A stretch of 64,000 nucleotides of DNA. It comes from Octopus sinensis. Its lineage: Eukaryota. A program made the position numbers and the translations under genes. The stretch spans positions 124,001-188,000 of the forward strand of contig NW_021833026.1 in NCBI RefSeq assembly GCF_006345805.1, read 5' to 3'. Under the pieces are notes generated by a model. It saw nothing but the letters and a program-made list of their open reading frames with translations. It searched no databases and was not told the DNA's origin. Shown here piece after piece: positions 11,885 to 25,190 of this stretch; the first letter of the stretch is position 1, and the number at the start of each line of letters is the position of its first letter.

Positions 11885-12429
11885 GTTAGTTTTATTTAAA
11901 ATTTATTATTACAATAATGCGGTAAATTTAAGTATTGCGAATATATTGATTTTCAAAGCATTTGATCTAGTTTTATGATTTTTATATGAAATGAATGTCA
12001 TTTAGACAATTTTGTATCAATTTATCATGATAGATCGCGATAATACCCGGATATCAACACTTATTACAATACGTTTTAATTTATTTAGGTATAAAATTCG
12101 GGAAAATGTCCAATACAAATAGAGAAAAAGAATACATCAAAAAAGCACGTTATATATGTGCACTTTTCATTTTTTTTGCTATTTAATTATCTTTTTTTTT
12201 AATATAAAATCTGTTTTATTTTCCTTTTAACAGAAGTTAATTTATGGAATTAATTCGGACTCAAATCAGGTAGGTATCTTAAAGTGTCTGCAACAGACTG
12301 CAAAAAGGACCTTGAACTGAGAATAGCATGCGAAAAATTTTCATTAATTTGAAGTGGATTGCTATTTAAGATAATTGATGGTTTGATTTGCTTTAAAAGT
12401 TCAGAATAAAAAGTAATTTTTAAAAATTT

Positions 12430-12830
12430 CATTTTATTTGCCCTTAGCGGCTGATAAGAAGTATGTGCCAAAAGGATTCCACAAAAATGCTAAACCATTC
12501 TTCAACAGAGAAATAGTAGATCTCATACAAAAAAGACGCTTAATGAAAAAGAACAACCGCACAAACGTGCATGAATTGTCTGTCCTCAACGAGAAAATCA
12601 ATCAGTTGATCGCAAAGGTTAAGAGAAATAAATGGTCAGAATTTATCTCCTCTCTCGATCACAGAACCAAGCTCTCGCATTTCTGGAGAGCTCTGAAAGG
12701 AATCCATACATCACAATCAGCCGAAATAACTTCACACGCCTCTGGCCTTAACAAAAAAGGGCAAACGAAATCTTTCAGAGAACAAGCAAATACTCTCATG
12801 AATCACTATGCAAAGATCAGTCACATTCTC
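12430..12830 (+). mobile_element. Non-LTR retrotransposon ORF2 fragment (EN-RT linker)
   Basis: KYVPKG...PFFNREIVDLIQKRR...KRNKWSEFISSLDHRTKLSHFWRALKGI is typical of the linker preceding LINE RT domains. Confidence 0.55.
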
Positions 12831-13685
12831 AATCGTGTCCGCCTCTACCCCGATAAAGAATTAGCTTTTTTGATTAAATCCGATTTCATTATCGAGCTAG
12901 AAAAAAAATAGTCAAATTTTTTTAAAGTTGATTTATCTCTATTCGTCCATGGAGAGAAACGAATAAATAAAATTGAGATTTAAAATGATTATTAAGAAAA
13001 TTTTCAAAAAATATAAGAAAATTGAATAAAGTTGACAGAAAAAAATAGTATTTTAAAATTTTAAAAATATGTAGAAGAAACAGATTAAAAGAATAAAATC
13101 GACAAATATTACAAAAATGATGAAATTTCAGATAATTTAATCATTAAAAGAAACTACATCTCGAATTATTCCTTCTGAATCCTATATGGTGGAAAAAGAT
13201 CAACAAACTCGTGCTAACACGTTTCTTAATTTATTAGGTTTTTAATTAAAAAATAAAATTAATGAATAATAAACTTTATTTTAATTAAAACACAATTTTA
13301 AATGTCAGTAAAAACTGCTCCCCATCCGTCCCGCACTTGCGTTGGGTCCAGAGTCCAACATCGGGAAAAGCTGAGAAAGATCTTGAGGATTGTTGGAATC
13401 ACCTAATTAGTTACCTTAATTAGCTGTTGATGATTCTTGGGTTAAAAAAGTACTAATGATGTATTAGTTTCCTCGTTTATCAGAGAGCCAGAATCGTTTA
13501 TCTTATTAAAGTAAGATATTAATTCGATAGTCGAGCAACGACCGCCAAACATTTTTTTACGTTTTTATAAGAAATAAAATGTGATCTGAGTCGGTAGAAT
13601 AGCAGCCTGCTGAAAATAAAATTGCACAGCGAACAAATTTTATTAGACCAAAGTAATTTGGGACGCGATTAAAATATATTTATTA

Positions 13686-15130
13686 TATCGTCGTCAAGGT
13701 GGGTTCCAACACTATCAGCGGGGAGTGCATTGATCCAAGCTCCACTCGATTCGCATCTTCCAGTCACTGTGTTGGTTTGATTGGCTCAGAAGCCTCTCGT
13801 ATTATTCACGCAGATGGTCTTGTAACGATTTTTCTGCTCAGGCATCATCCCTCTCGAATGCTCCATCTCTGTGATTTCAGATGATTCAGTTTGGAGTTGG
13901 AGAATCATCCTGATCAGCAGTTGGCTGGAGTCCAAAGAGGATAGATATGCGGGGCAAGCCAGATCATTCGGAGAAGAGATTCCCAGTCCGCCCAGGTTAA
14001 CGAGTAGGGTCGCTTGGTCCCACCCTTGGTCGTCAAATTTCACATTCGTAATGCGTTTAATTGTGGTCCGAAAGAGACAATCGATATTGTCGAGCTGTTG
14101 CATTTTCAGGTAGCAGGGTGCACCCCGAAGAACGTAATTTAGTTTCTGTGCTGACAAGGCGTTTTTTAGCAGGAATAGGGAGGTATGTGCGTCTAGCAAC
14201 TCCAAACGTCTGAAAGTTGTTTTTAGTTGATGTTCTTTTGTTATTAAAGTGTTACTGATTCCTGCATCAGTGAGAGGGCATCCAAGTATTTCTAGTTGTT
14301 CTGGTTTGGTTTCTGTGGCTTTAGGGATGATCTCTCTGAATGTTTCAAGAATCAGGTCTCATTTAGGCTGCGAAAATCCAAAATTGATTACTTCGCACTT
14401 ATTGGTGTTCAGGGTTAGGCATAGGGATTCCAATTGGGCTATCAGACTTTTTAGGCAATCTAGCACATCCTTCGGCTGGCCGCCCATTGTGCAATTATCC
14501 AAATACCATACCCTCAGAGAAGTCGAACAATATTTGGTGACACGGATCAATGCACTCCCCGTTGATAGTGTTGGAACCCATTTTGACGACGATACTGTCC
14601 GCATTAACATCAGCACCAGACTTGGACTGGAGATTTGCCGGACTCACAAATGCCGGTGTGGGGCCACCGTCGATTGTTATGAACACCATGCTCTCTCTTG
14701 TCGAAGAAGTGCAGGACGATTTCCAAGACACAAGGCGATCAACGAAATTGTCAAGCGAGCCCTGGAGTCTGCAGGATACCCAGCCGTACTTGAACCGGTC
14801 GGGCTTGACCGAGGAGATGGAAAACGTCCTGATCGGATCACAATTTTCCCATTTGAAGAGGGGAGTCTGGGACGCAACCTGTGTGGACACTCTCTGCCCG
14901 TCCAACATTGCCGGGAGCGCAGTGGACAGACTGTATGCCGCGGAAAAAACGATGAGGGTAAAGGAGAGAAAATATGAAGCACTGCGAGATCGATTCGTGT
15001 TCTGTCCGATTGTGGTCGAGACAACTGGAGGAATAAGTGGGAAATCGCTTCGCTTCCTAAAGAAGCTTGAACGCTTAGCCACATTAAAAAGCCACGACAC
15101 ACATGAGACCCGGTGGCTTCTCCAGTTGAT
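13686..15130. mobile_element. CRE-clade non-LTR retrotransposon with inverted 5' segment
   Basis: 13686-14543 on minus: VWYLDN, GGLGI and LACPAYLSS (RT C-terminal half). 14544-15130 on plus: CRCG...HALSC...RHKAIN, GKRPD, WDATC and PIVVETTG (CCHC plus restriction-like endonuclease). Confidence 0.8.
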
Positions 15131-15160
15131 TTATAAGATTCCTGTTTCAATACTGTATAA

Positions 15161-15681
15161 CAGCGGTTCTCAAATGCGGCCCCCAGGATTTTTTTGCGGC
15201 CCCTCTAGAGTAACTAACTTTTTTAATTTTTTAATAATGTTTAAATTTAATTATTCATTCTTAAGGTAAAACATATCCATAATTGGTGATTTCATTAATC
15301 AATTTGAAGCACGTTTTGGGGTACATTTATATAAATTTAATTTTTAGAATTTTAAAGAATTCCTTTCTTTAATGAAAATATTCGCAAATCCATTCAGCGT
15401 GGAAATTAAGGATGCGCCTGCAAAGTTTCAACTAGAACTCATTAATTTACAACATGGCGGCATTGTTCAAAAATGCGTCCATTATTAATTTTTACGAATT
15501 AATTCCTCAAGACAAATTCAAAAATATAACACACAATGCATATATGAATCTACATATTTATGCGAATCAATATTTAGTAAAATGGAAAATATAAAAATAT
15601 ATAAAATATTTTTTGTGCGGCCCGCGAAGCTAATCTTAATTATTGATTTGGCCCTTGAGCTAAAAAGGTTGAGAACCCCTG
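15161..15681 (+). mobile_element. Non-autonomous hAT (Buster/Charlie-like) element, 521 bp
   Basis: TIRs CAGCGGTTCTCAA / TTGAGAACCCCTG and a perfect 8-bp TSD CTGTATAA (15153-15160, 15682-15689). Internal remnant of the transposase 3' end (DAPAKFQLELINLQ). Confidence 0.9.
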
Positions 15682-16841
15682 CTGTATAACATCAAGCAAA
15701 AGTATGAGACTTGTCACTACAATGAATTATGAAAACGTAAAAGAGAATTACGTTTAATAAAAATTACAAGACTGGAATTAAGCAATTCAAAAGCATTATT
15801 TTAATTATTTGATTGGTAAAAATGACGCTATCACACGTACTATTTACCAAATTTTAAAGATAATTGCAAAACAAATAGTCAATATAAAATGAATTTACAA
15901 AGAATGCCAAATTGCAGTAGTAGAAATTTATTTACTACTAAAACATTTTTAAATTTTCTGATTATCTCCAAGAACTGTCATTAGAACAGTAAAAAATTTC
16001 ATTTCTCTCTTAAAAAACGTTTTTGAAAATTTTGAATATTTTTCTATCGCATTCGACAAATTTAGCAAGCATAAAAGAGAGATACTTCTCAACTTGATGT
16101 TTTTGTTTGAGGGATAACTGAAGCATCCTAACATTTGTCAGAATTATTCTAATGACTGGAATTGACGTTTTAAGGCATTTAATGCAAACTTTTAATAAAA
16201 TCCAATTTAAAAATTTGTTAAAATTACGACAGAAGCTCCTCTATGCTCGGGAAATAAAATTTTCTCCTTCAAATTGAAAATTTTTGAAAATGGGTGTCAA
16301 TATTCGCGTCCTATCATTAGAATCGTTTTTATTAAAATAACGTTTTTTATTAATAATTCTTTAATTAATCTTAATTTTAAATAGAAATTATAATAAATAA
16401 GCCACGTGTATGTACACGTGGGTTTTCCATGTTGTGCTTTTTTCACTATGTAGTCGTTTTTTATATTTAATTCGGATTCAAAGGAAATAATTCGTGATGT
16501 AGTTTCTTTTAATGATTAAGTTATCCGAAATTCCATCCTTTTTGTGAAATTTTCCGATTTTATTTCCTTGATCTGTTTTATTTTACATACCTTGAAATTT
16601 CTGAATTGGTATTATTTTATTTGTAATTTTTATCTTATTTATCCCTATTTTTGTTTTTTTCTTTTACTAAAAGTGTATTTAAAACAGATATTTATGACCC
16701 TATTCAAATTTAAGATCCTATTTTTGTTATATTGCATTTTTATTCATTCTTCAGTTGTAATTTTTGTGCCGGAGATGTTCTTTTTTCTCTGTCAAGCCAA
16801 GAAGACTCTTGTTGCTAGTCTATTATGATTTATATAAAAAA

Positions 16842-18443
16842 CGCGAGCCGAGCGCGCGACCGAGCACTAGACGCGACCAATCAAATTTACTCAATGTCAA
16901 TCAATGTCAAAATAACTTATTTTATTGATTAGATCAAGGACAATTATTATTTCTGACTGTTATAACTTCTTAAGTCGTTTGGCATGAACTTTCATTACTG
17001 ATCCATCACTATTTTCCACATTGACAAAATTGTTAGACAATTTCGCAACAATAGTGAATGGATCCCCGTATGGATGTTCAAACCTGGTTAATCTCAAGGA
17101 AGGATTTGTCCCATAATCTTTTTGAATGCGAACTTTTTAAGTAATTATAAAATAAATACAATGTCTCCAATGTTTAATTCATATTTAGACACATGCACTC
17201 CCATCTTCCTGTTCATTCTCTTATAATATGGAGAATCCAAGTTAACTTTTGGGAAGTTGAATTCGAATTCATCTTTAGTTGAATTTAAAACATTTACTGT
17301 TAATTTCGGGAGTGTATTGAAGTTCAGCTGCCTCAACATCAGTATTTCCTAAAACAGTATTGAATCCAGGAATTCCACGATATCTCTCAAAGGGGCTAAC
17401 GCCTGCAAAAAATTTAAGACAAATAATTCACCTGTAGATGAATGAGGTGTTTGATTGTACAAAAACACAGTCTTTCTTATGTGTTTTACCCACTCTTTGG
17501 TGTCATCCAAACTCATAATTTTTGAAAGGCTCCTTGTGACCGTCTGATTAAATCGTTCAACAATTCCCTGACTCTGGGGATTGTTTGGTCTTCCATGTAT
17601 TTGTCGAACACAAAACTCTTCACATACTTTTGTCACATGAGAATTTTTGAATTCTGTTCCGTTGTCTGATTGGAGAAACTTGCAGGGACCAAAATCCATA
17701 AAAATATCATTCAGATTATTCGCCACCTCTACTCCACTTTTATTTTTAAGATTCCTTGTAAACGCATATTTCGAATATACGTCTATTACAGACATTAACC
17801 AAAAAAATCATTGTTTTCATTTTTAAATCTACAAAATAAGTTAATTTTATACCGTTTAAGATCAATTAAATCTACTTGAAATCTTTCATTAGGTAAATCA
17901 GCAACAATATGAGTTGAATCATCATATTGTTTTAGTGGAACTGAAAATTTGCAAATATTGCATTCTTTAACAACTTGGCGAATGATCTCTCTTCTCAATA
18001 TAAAAAATCTTCGCCTACATAAGGCTTCCAAAGCATTATGTCCGCAATGATTAGCTTCATGAATCTCACGTGCAATTAATTTCATCTCTTCTAAGCTCGT
18101 GGAAGCAATTACGAGCTTGTGTAGGCCGTTTACATCTTTAAGATATAGTTTCCCCTCTTTAATTAGGAAATTTTCTGCTTTCTTTTTGAGTCGATACTTC
18201 TTATGTTTGGAAAGATCGACCTCCTCATTATTGAGTATAGATCTTAGGAAATTATATTCATCTTGATCTTTTACAAACAAACGCTGGCCCGACATAACAA
18301 AGTGTAGACAAAATTATGCTAGCGTGGATAATATTTTATCTGGGTGAGTATGGTACGCCGGCAATTAGACTGACAGGTGGATGACAGGTATGACAGGTGT
18401 CAAAGTCGCGTCTAGCGCTCGGTCGCGCGCTCGGCTCGCGACA
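16842..18443 (-). mobile_element. Ginger-like (integrase-type) DNA transposon with intron-containing transposase
   Basis: GC-rich TIRs 16842-16877 and 18405-18443 (one end reads ...CGCGACA, i.e. a TGT terminus). Transposase 18295 to 16960 has HEANHCGH...CNIC (H2C2), QVDLID, QSDNGTEF, SQGIVERFN, TPHSSTGVSPFE and a GPY/F-like FEHPYGDPFTI...VHAKRLK. Confidence 0.85.
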
Positions 18444-19605
18444 TATTATTATTATTATAAAGCACTTTCGGAAAAGTCATAAGTTAATTAAGCTTTCCTT
18501 GTGCCACCATTGAATTCTCCCGGTCATTGCGTCTCCAGGCTCTCCGGTCAGTTGCGATCGTCCTGAGTGAGTCGAGATCATCGCCATTTTTCAGTTTTTT
18601 ATTAATTCCAGCTAGATCTTCATTTAGCGTGGTAGCCAGAGTGACCCTGGGTCTTCCACGGAAGTCTCCTTTGGAATGGGCAAAGTAGTTTTCCATCGCG
18701 ATATTCGGCGGAGTGAGGCTGTCAGTCTTAATATGTGTCCAAAGAGTCGCCATCTGGACTCCAGGATGTCCATAGAGATCGGTCTCGAATTGCATCTTTT
18801 GTATAGGGTGGAATTTGCTATTTTCCTTGAGAATTGCATGTTTATCACTCTTCTCAGTTGGTTCCGATGAAATCGGTCCAAATTGTTCATATCGGTCTTA
18901 CTGATTCCCCACGTCGATCCATTGTACATTAGGACTGGGACAACAAATGTGTTGTATATTTTAAGTTTTGTCTTTGAATTTAGCTTCTTTAGGCGCCAGA
19001 TGTTCATAAACTTATTGTATGTGGCAATTGATAGTATTTTTCTGTGCATAATGTCTTCAGAGTCCCCTAAGGAGATCCGACTTTTTTTGTCTTCTCCAGG
19101 GCTCATCATGAGTTCGTTCAGATCGAATAAATTTCGTATGTTCAGTTTTATTGTGGTTGATTGTTAGAAACCATTTGGAAAAAATATCTGGTAATGTTTC
19201 GATAATAAATCGAAGGGTTTCAGCATCATCAGATACGAAGTCGACATCATCAGCATATATTATTTCGTTGTATTTAGTGTTGTCCACAAGAGGCCGAAAG
19301 TCTCTGAGTGCTGCCTCTAGGTAGACGATAAAGAGAACTGGGGACAGCGAATCGCCTTGTGGTATGCCCCGTGATATGTAGAAATAGTTTGACACATTTT
19401 TACCAAGTTGGTTGCTAATTGAGTGTTCTGAAGAAGCATTAGGATTATTCTGATGTCGTCATGATTTAAGAAGGTCATAAGTATTTCCACAAGTTTAGTT
19501 CTGTGAACAGAGTCGAATGCTCTGGACATATCGATGCCGAGTATTTCAGTGCAATGTTTATATTTTTGGCATGTGGCAGCTGTCCATCTGTGAGTCCAGA
19601 TTATT
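18444..19605 (-). mobile_element. 5'-truncated RTE-like non-LTR retrotransposon with (TAA)n tail
   Basis: IDMSRAFDSV, RGIPQGDSLSP, IIYADDVDF, WRLFGHILR and FRGRPR; the tail abuts the Ginger TIR at 18444. Confidence 0.85.
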
Positions 19606-20401
19606 AGTATTTAAAACATCTAAAAACATTTTTAATTTTGAATCCAACTATCGTCTCTGTTGTCATCAACTTGAGAATCATTAACGTCTGGACAGCACGA
19701 AGCCTAACGTAGCCGACCCTCGTACCCAGCAGTATGAGGCGCTCGGCTTCCGCAGGAGATCCCAGCGTGACCTCCACCACATCAAGAGGCCGGTAACCTT
19801 GCTTGAAGCGTGCAATGGCAGAGGTACTGGGGTACTCCCGCTGCAGGTGCTCTAAAAGGTCGTTATCCTCGAAGTCCCGGGGGACCCCTAGGAGGAGGAC
19901 TCTTACCTGCCCTACCTTGCGTTCGAATCTGACAAGCCAATGCATGCCAGGCCCAAACGGATGGACTTTTCCAGCAATTTTGTCAAGGAGACAGCACAGT
20001 TTGTCAAGAGCTTGCTCCTCAGCATATTTAAGAGAAAACTTGGCCATGAGATTTTGATCTGGGTTAAAGGATGATGATAAGCGTGCCATCGATATGTTGT
20101 ATCGCTCAATGAGTGCAGTTACGGCCTCAGGGTTTCTAGATTTGGCCTGGCTGTTTCGAATGGGGAATAGAACGCGCATAAATGCCTGAGCCCATTCATT
20201 CGCCGATTGATTCTTTAATGATTCAGGAGACTGAGGCTCTCCTATCAAGATCGGGTCCACGGCATACGCACCCTTTTCTATCTTTACGGGTAAATTGGTG
20301 TAATAGGCCACCCCGTTGAAGAGGACTTTGCGGGTATTCGGGTCGCTTTTTACCCGATCATCAACTTGAGCTTCTGTGCTCAAGGTTCTTAACTTGGACA
20401 A
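19604..20401 (-). mobile_element. Probable LINE ORF1 (gag-like) fragment, cut at the first zinc knuckle by the RTE copy
   Basis: 265-aa ORF with VLLLGVPRDFEDNDLLEHL...RFKQG...VVEVTL...RVGYVRLR...FRCFKY, resembling Jockey/I-type ORF1. No stronger motif seen. Confidence 0.5.
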
Positions 20402-20499
20402 CCTTTCTGCTTCACTTTGCAGACTGGAACATTTCGATCTGTCGTCACATTTAAGCCATCTTCGAGGTTTTTTTCACATAAAATGAATTCTGTATTACT

Positions 20500-21267
20500 G
20501 TTACAAATACCGAAGCTGGTATTTGATTTTAAATATATTCAATTACAAATTTCCATTTTTAATATTTTTGAGCACAAATATTGCTGATGAATAATACAAT
20601 GAAAATGAGCAAATGATGACCCGACCTCTTCTATTTCAGCTCGCAATTTGGCGGCAACGTCAGCATTTTGTCCGACCATATTCGGAGCACCATCAGTACA
20701 TAAACATGAAATCTCCATCACAATATGATTTTCCAATTACTGCAAGCATTCTTCTCATTTCATAGCTTGCAGTGACTAATGCAGTACATTGATTATGACT
20801 TTTTGTGAAATGATTCTGTAACGCAGATAATTTTTTCGCAATTCATTTAGCTTTGCAACACGCATTGGACCTTCTTGGTTAATAAGCAAATTAGTACCTT
20901 CGAAATAATTGTATGATAGATGATTAGATTGATAATGCGTCTTTAGGTTGTATTCTTTCTATATAGCGATAAACTTGTTACATATTAAACAATGTATCAA
21001 CCCTTGTGCAAAAATAGAGAAGTTCCCATTTATCTTGAAACACTCTCCGTTCATCTTTCAAACACCGTTTCTTTTTTATTCCGGAAGAAGCACGTGACAT
21101 TGACAAACACGATTTAAAAATACAATTAACAATTTTAATTAAATGTAAAAAAATTAAAAATAATTTTTTGTATTTTATAGCTATTAAATCAGACCGCATT
21201 TATGTTTGCCAAAGTACGCTGAGGGCCGCACCTGTGTCTTTCGAGGGCCGCATGTTTGACACCCCCG
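20500..21267 (-). mobile_element. Deleted hAT (Buster/GTF2IRD2-like) element, 5' end
   Basis: Terminus GGGGGTGTCAAACATGCGGCCC near 21267; peptides KDERRVFQDKWELLYFC and CTDGAPNMVG...HFHCIIHQQ. Confidence 0.7.
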
Positions 21268-21419
21268 CCTTAGACAAAAACACACAGCTCAGGTGGAAAT
21301 GGAGGGTGCAGTGTATTCCCCATTTGCGGGGGTTTGATACGAGGCACGAGAGTAAACTGTTCAGATTTCTTCAGAGTTCGAGTTTCTCCTGAGTCGGATG
21401 TAATGTATCAATATCGGAT

Positions 21420-23050
21420 GTAATGCATCAAGATGCTTTTAAAATTATTAAAAGTCTATTTCTTAGTACTGATTCGATTCGTCGAAGAATTGATAAAATA
21501 AGTGATAATGTAAATTTATTTATTATTTATTTATTAAAAACCAAAGACGGGTAAGCCAGTTAATTATAATAATCCCCGTGATCGCCGATCCGAACGAGGG
21601 AGATCCTACTGAAAGGTTCGATCCTGCCCGCATGATCGGCCTGAGACGACGATGTCCCAGGGTCTGAGATCTAGAAGTCCTTTTTTGGTAGGCATTAAGT
21701 GCCTCCTGAGCGTTGCCATATCCGATTGGAATTTTCCAACTGACATGGTGGACCCCATAACGCCACGCTAAGACCGGAAGGAAGGTAAGAGATCCCCATT
21801 TCCAACTGTGTCGTGCCAGAAGTACTCGTTGCCTTACGGGCAGGAGAACGATAACGAGAATTGACCCCAGGATGAAAACTGGCCTCCTTCGGAATCGAAC
21901 TCACGACTGGTGATAATGTAAAAGAAATTCTTATTGAAAGACTGAAGCGAAGTAAGTTTTCTTTACAAATTGTCAATGGTTGGAAGATATAAGGGATTTG
22001 TTTCTCTTCTTAAAAAAGATTATCCATGGGTCATTCATCGTATTTTACATTGCCATCAACTGGTATCGAAGATTTTATGTTATGATTTACATCAATCTTT
22101 AAACATTTTAATCAAAACAATTAACAAAATAAAAACATCAAGCAAATGTGATCGTCTTTTTAGAAAGTTTTGTAAGGATGCTGGTGAAGATTTTATTCGA
22201 CTTTTATTACACACGGAAGTAAGAGATGGCTTTCAAAAAGAAATGCTTTAAAAATATTTGTTAATCTCTACGATGCAATAGTTGCATTCTTGCAGACTGA
22301 AGAAGCCTTGTTTTGGCTGGAGAGATCATTTCACAAAAAATGAAATATTCTATTTGAATTGGATTTTTACAAATTTAATGAAATTACTATTCTTCTTCAA
22401 GGAAATTTTGTCAACATGATTGATTGCAAAAGAATAATGAAAACATTTGCAAGAAAATTATTGCTTTATCGAAATAATTTTTCTATAAATCAGTTTAAAA
22501 ACATTTCACAACTATCTGAGATAAGTAAATATTTTAGTCAAAACAATATTATGACATATTGTCAACATTTGACGGAACTAGAAGCGGATATATCTGATTT
22601 CAAGATTTCAACAGGATGGTATCTCTAAATTTTGGCAATTAAAAGATCTACAAATGAAATTTCAAAATTTATTGAAGAAAATGAGAAATATACTATTGAC
22701 ATTCCCTATCACTGATTTTGTTGAAAGTGATTTTAGTTTTGTCATTCATAACACACAATGTGAAAGAAATAGACTGGAAGTGTGTTATAGAGGGGACATA
22801 CGCCTAAAGTTGAGCAAAATTAAACCCGACAATGAATATTTAGCAAGTAAACATCAATATCAGGGTCTCACTAATAATTTTTAATAAAAATTAAATTTTT
22901 ACATTTAATTTATTGTTTTATATTTTGATTTTTAAGTTATATACAAAAAAACAACCAATTAAGAACAATGCACAAAAATTTTTAAATTGTATGTGGACAA
23001 AAGGGCGACAAATTTCAAAGGGGGCGATGAACAAAAAAAGGTTGAGAATG
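21420..23050 (+). mobile_element. Degenerate hAT (ZBED5/SCAND3-like) transposase, interrupted at about 21530-21965 by an unidentified insert
   Basis: LSTDSIRRRIDKIS, HRILHCHQLVSK, RLLLHTEVR and RNRLEV...GDIRLKLS, with a degenerate AAAAAAGGTTGAGAA right end near 23050. Confidence 0.6.
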
Positions 23051-23279
23051 CATGGCCTATTACATTTGATTAGTCGATATTGAGCCATTTGAATATGAAA
23101 TGGTGAACGATACGATCCGGGCAAAGTTAATAAAATACAAGTTACACCTTCGACCGGCAAACAAACATAGATTAAACCTCCCCGTAACAATTTTGGGAGA
23201 GGATTGAACTCAATTTCTCTTCTAAGTGAATGCATGCTTTTTGAATTCCTTACTGACTTAAAAAAACCAAAGTGGTGTC

Positions 23280-23880
23280 TGACAAAGAAGCTTTTCGATT
23301 CTTCAGCCCGAAATGTTGGAAAAAACTCATCTGGCCACTATTAAAGAATACTTGAAGCATAAATATCTACTTGAAGAATCAGTTTTACTTAACAAAAAAC
23401 TAGTGGTCGGTGCCCAGAACAAGTACCTACTGGACCATATTTTTTCAAAATGTCTTCATTCCATCCTATACAAAAGTGCTAGACAGGATTTTATGAATGT
23501 CAAAAACTATAGTCACTGGCTGGCCAAAAGCAATAACTCCCCACGGTCTGAAGGATTATTCTGTCTCATGCAAGATAGAAATTAATTCTTTGAAGAACAT
23601 AACTCAATGTGTTCCCACTGCATGCGATGGAAGACTGTCGATCACTGTGCCACTAGATGTGAGAAGATGCTACATGACGATTATGTCAAGAGGCATGATG
23701 AAGTTGTGAGATGCATCCACTTTCATTTTTGTCGAGAATTTAGACTCAAGAATGATAAAAACTCAAAACACATTCGATATAATCTGTTTAGGTAAATGAG
23801 AAGGTTCCATAACAAACCCGATTTGTTTATTTTCGACAAGACAAAGAATTAAATTTTGTTTGTGGAAGTTGGGATGAGAG
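23280..23880 (+). mobile_element. R4/Dong-like RLE non-LTR retrotransposon 3' fragment
   Basis: EGLFCLMQDRN, CSHC...TVDHCATRC...DYVKRHDEVVRCIH (CCHC) and NKPDLFIFD...LFVEVG (PD-(D/E)xK-type nuclease). Confidence 0.65.
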
Positions 23881-23913
23881 AAAAGCTAACAAACGCAAAA
23901 TGAGTGACATCTC

Positions 23914-24807
23914 TTGTCTAAAGCGACTTCAAGTGCCTTGTGCGCATGGCACTGTGCCCGCTGCCTCTTCAATTTGAAGGGCGCTGGGCCAAATCACCGA
24001 CCCACTCGTGCTACTACCTTCCACCACAATCTCTCGACTGAGGAATTCATTCTGTCCCTGTCCTCGGTCCGTGGCACAAGAGACATCCCTCTTCGTATCC
24101 CCAAACAAGCACGTCTGGCGGCTGCTTCCTGGCTCGAACAAATTATCTCAGAAGCACTTACTTCCGAAGAAGACCTCCCGTGGTTCCGTATCTTCCTTTT
24201 TGCATGTCTCGTCCTTAGAAACAAGCACGAGGCGACCAATCCCGGCAAAAGAATCTTGTCCGCAATTAAGTCTCGGTCAGTTTCTTTCGGCGAAGAATCC
24301 AAGAATCTTGTTCTATTTTCCCCTCTTACCTCCTCTCAGAGGAAGTCCGACTTATGCAATAATTGCATCGGACAAGACGCCAGGATAATCAAGCGAGTGA
24401 ATCGAAAGCTCCTCGAAGGGGACGTGAGAGCTGCTCTCCGTGTCTTATGCTCCGGCGACTCTGTTGCCGAGTGTACTTCCATGACATCAACTTTGCTGAG
24501 GTCGAAGCATCCGCCGGCCCCCGAAGACCTAAGGCCTTGGACCCCCCCGAAGCTCCACACTGAGGAAAAAATTCTGTCTGGAATCAGATCTTTCGGAGCG
24601 AGGAGCAGCGGGGGAATTGACGGCCTTCGGCCGGGGCATATCAAGGACATGACTTCAGTGATCACCAGGGAATCTGGCTCTCGACTCTTGAGTTCAATCA
24701 CCAAACTGGTCAGAAGGATCATCGACGAAAGGATCCCACCCTTCGCCAGGCATCTCTTTTTCGCTGTCCACCTTCACGCTTTCCAAAAACCAGACGGAGG
24801 CGTCTAA
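23914..24807 (+). mobile_element. CRE-clade retrotransposon fragment (pre-RT region and RT start)
   Basis: RIPKQARLAAA, EGDVRAALRVL, LRSKHPP, SSGGIDGLRPGHIKD and KPDGGV. Confidence 0.8.
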
Positions 24808-24869
24808 ACAAATGCGGAGGGACGATAATAGATGGTCAAAGCATTCATTAGCAAAGTTGAGGCTGATTA

Positions 24870-25190
24870 ATCTCCAGTCCAATCTTGAGTTGAATACGTT
24901 CTTTATATCGAGTTTGAGAAGGGCTCTATCAGGTTGAGAATCGGCTGACGGATTGGTGATATAAAATCTCAGGGTGTGCCTCACATCCATTCCTGACAGC
25001 AACTCCGAGTTGAACAGGCTCAAAAAATGCCCCAAGATCAGAAGAGACGAGCCTGCAGGCAAGCTTAGCAGGCAGCCTCCTGAAGACATTTCTAACAGCG
25101 ATGGGGCGAACTCAGCCATCAGTCTTCCTCAAGGCAGTGAGATTGGCAGAGAAGAATAAGTCACGTGCATACGGGAGAAAAACCGATTGC
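24870..25190 (-). mobile_element. Second CRE-clade RT fragment, opposite orientation
   Basis: LFFSANLTALRKTDG*VRPIAV, QLGVAVRNGCEA and LLKLDIKNVFNS. Confidence 0.7.

Noticed and set aside
8317-18443. Fanzor/TnpB-like RNA-guided nuclease cargo in the Tc1 or Ginger elements
   Set aside because: The space between the TIRs is accounted for by the transposases, and no RuvC plus zinc-ribbon pattern was seen. A profile search was not possible.
23914-25190. Twin-priming inversion in the convergent CRE pair
   Set aside because: The overlapping region differs strongly at the protein level (FFAVHLHAFQKPDG versus FFSANLTALRKTDG), which indicates two separate insertions.
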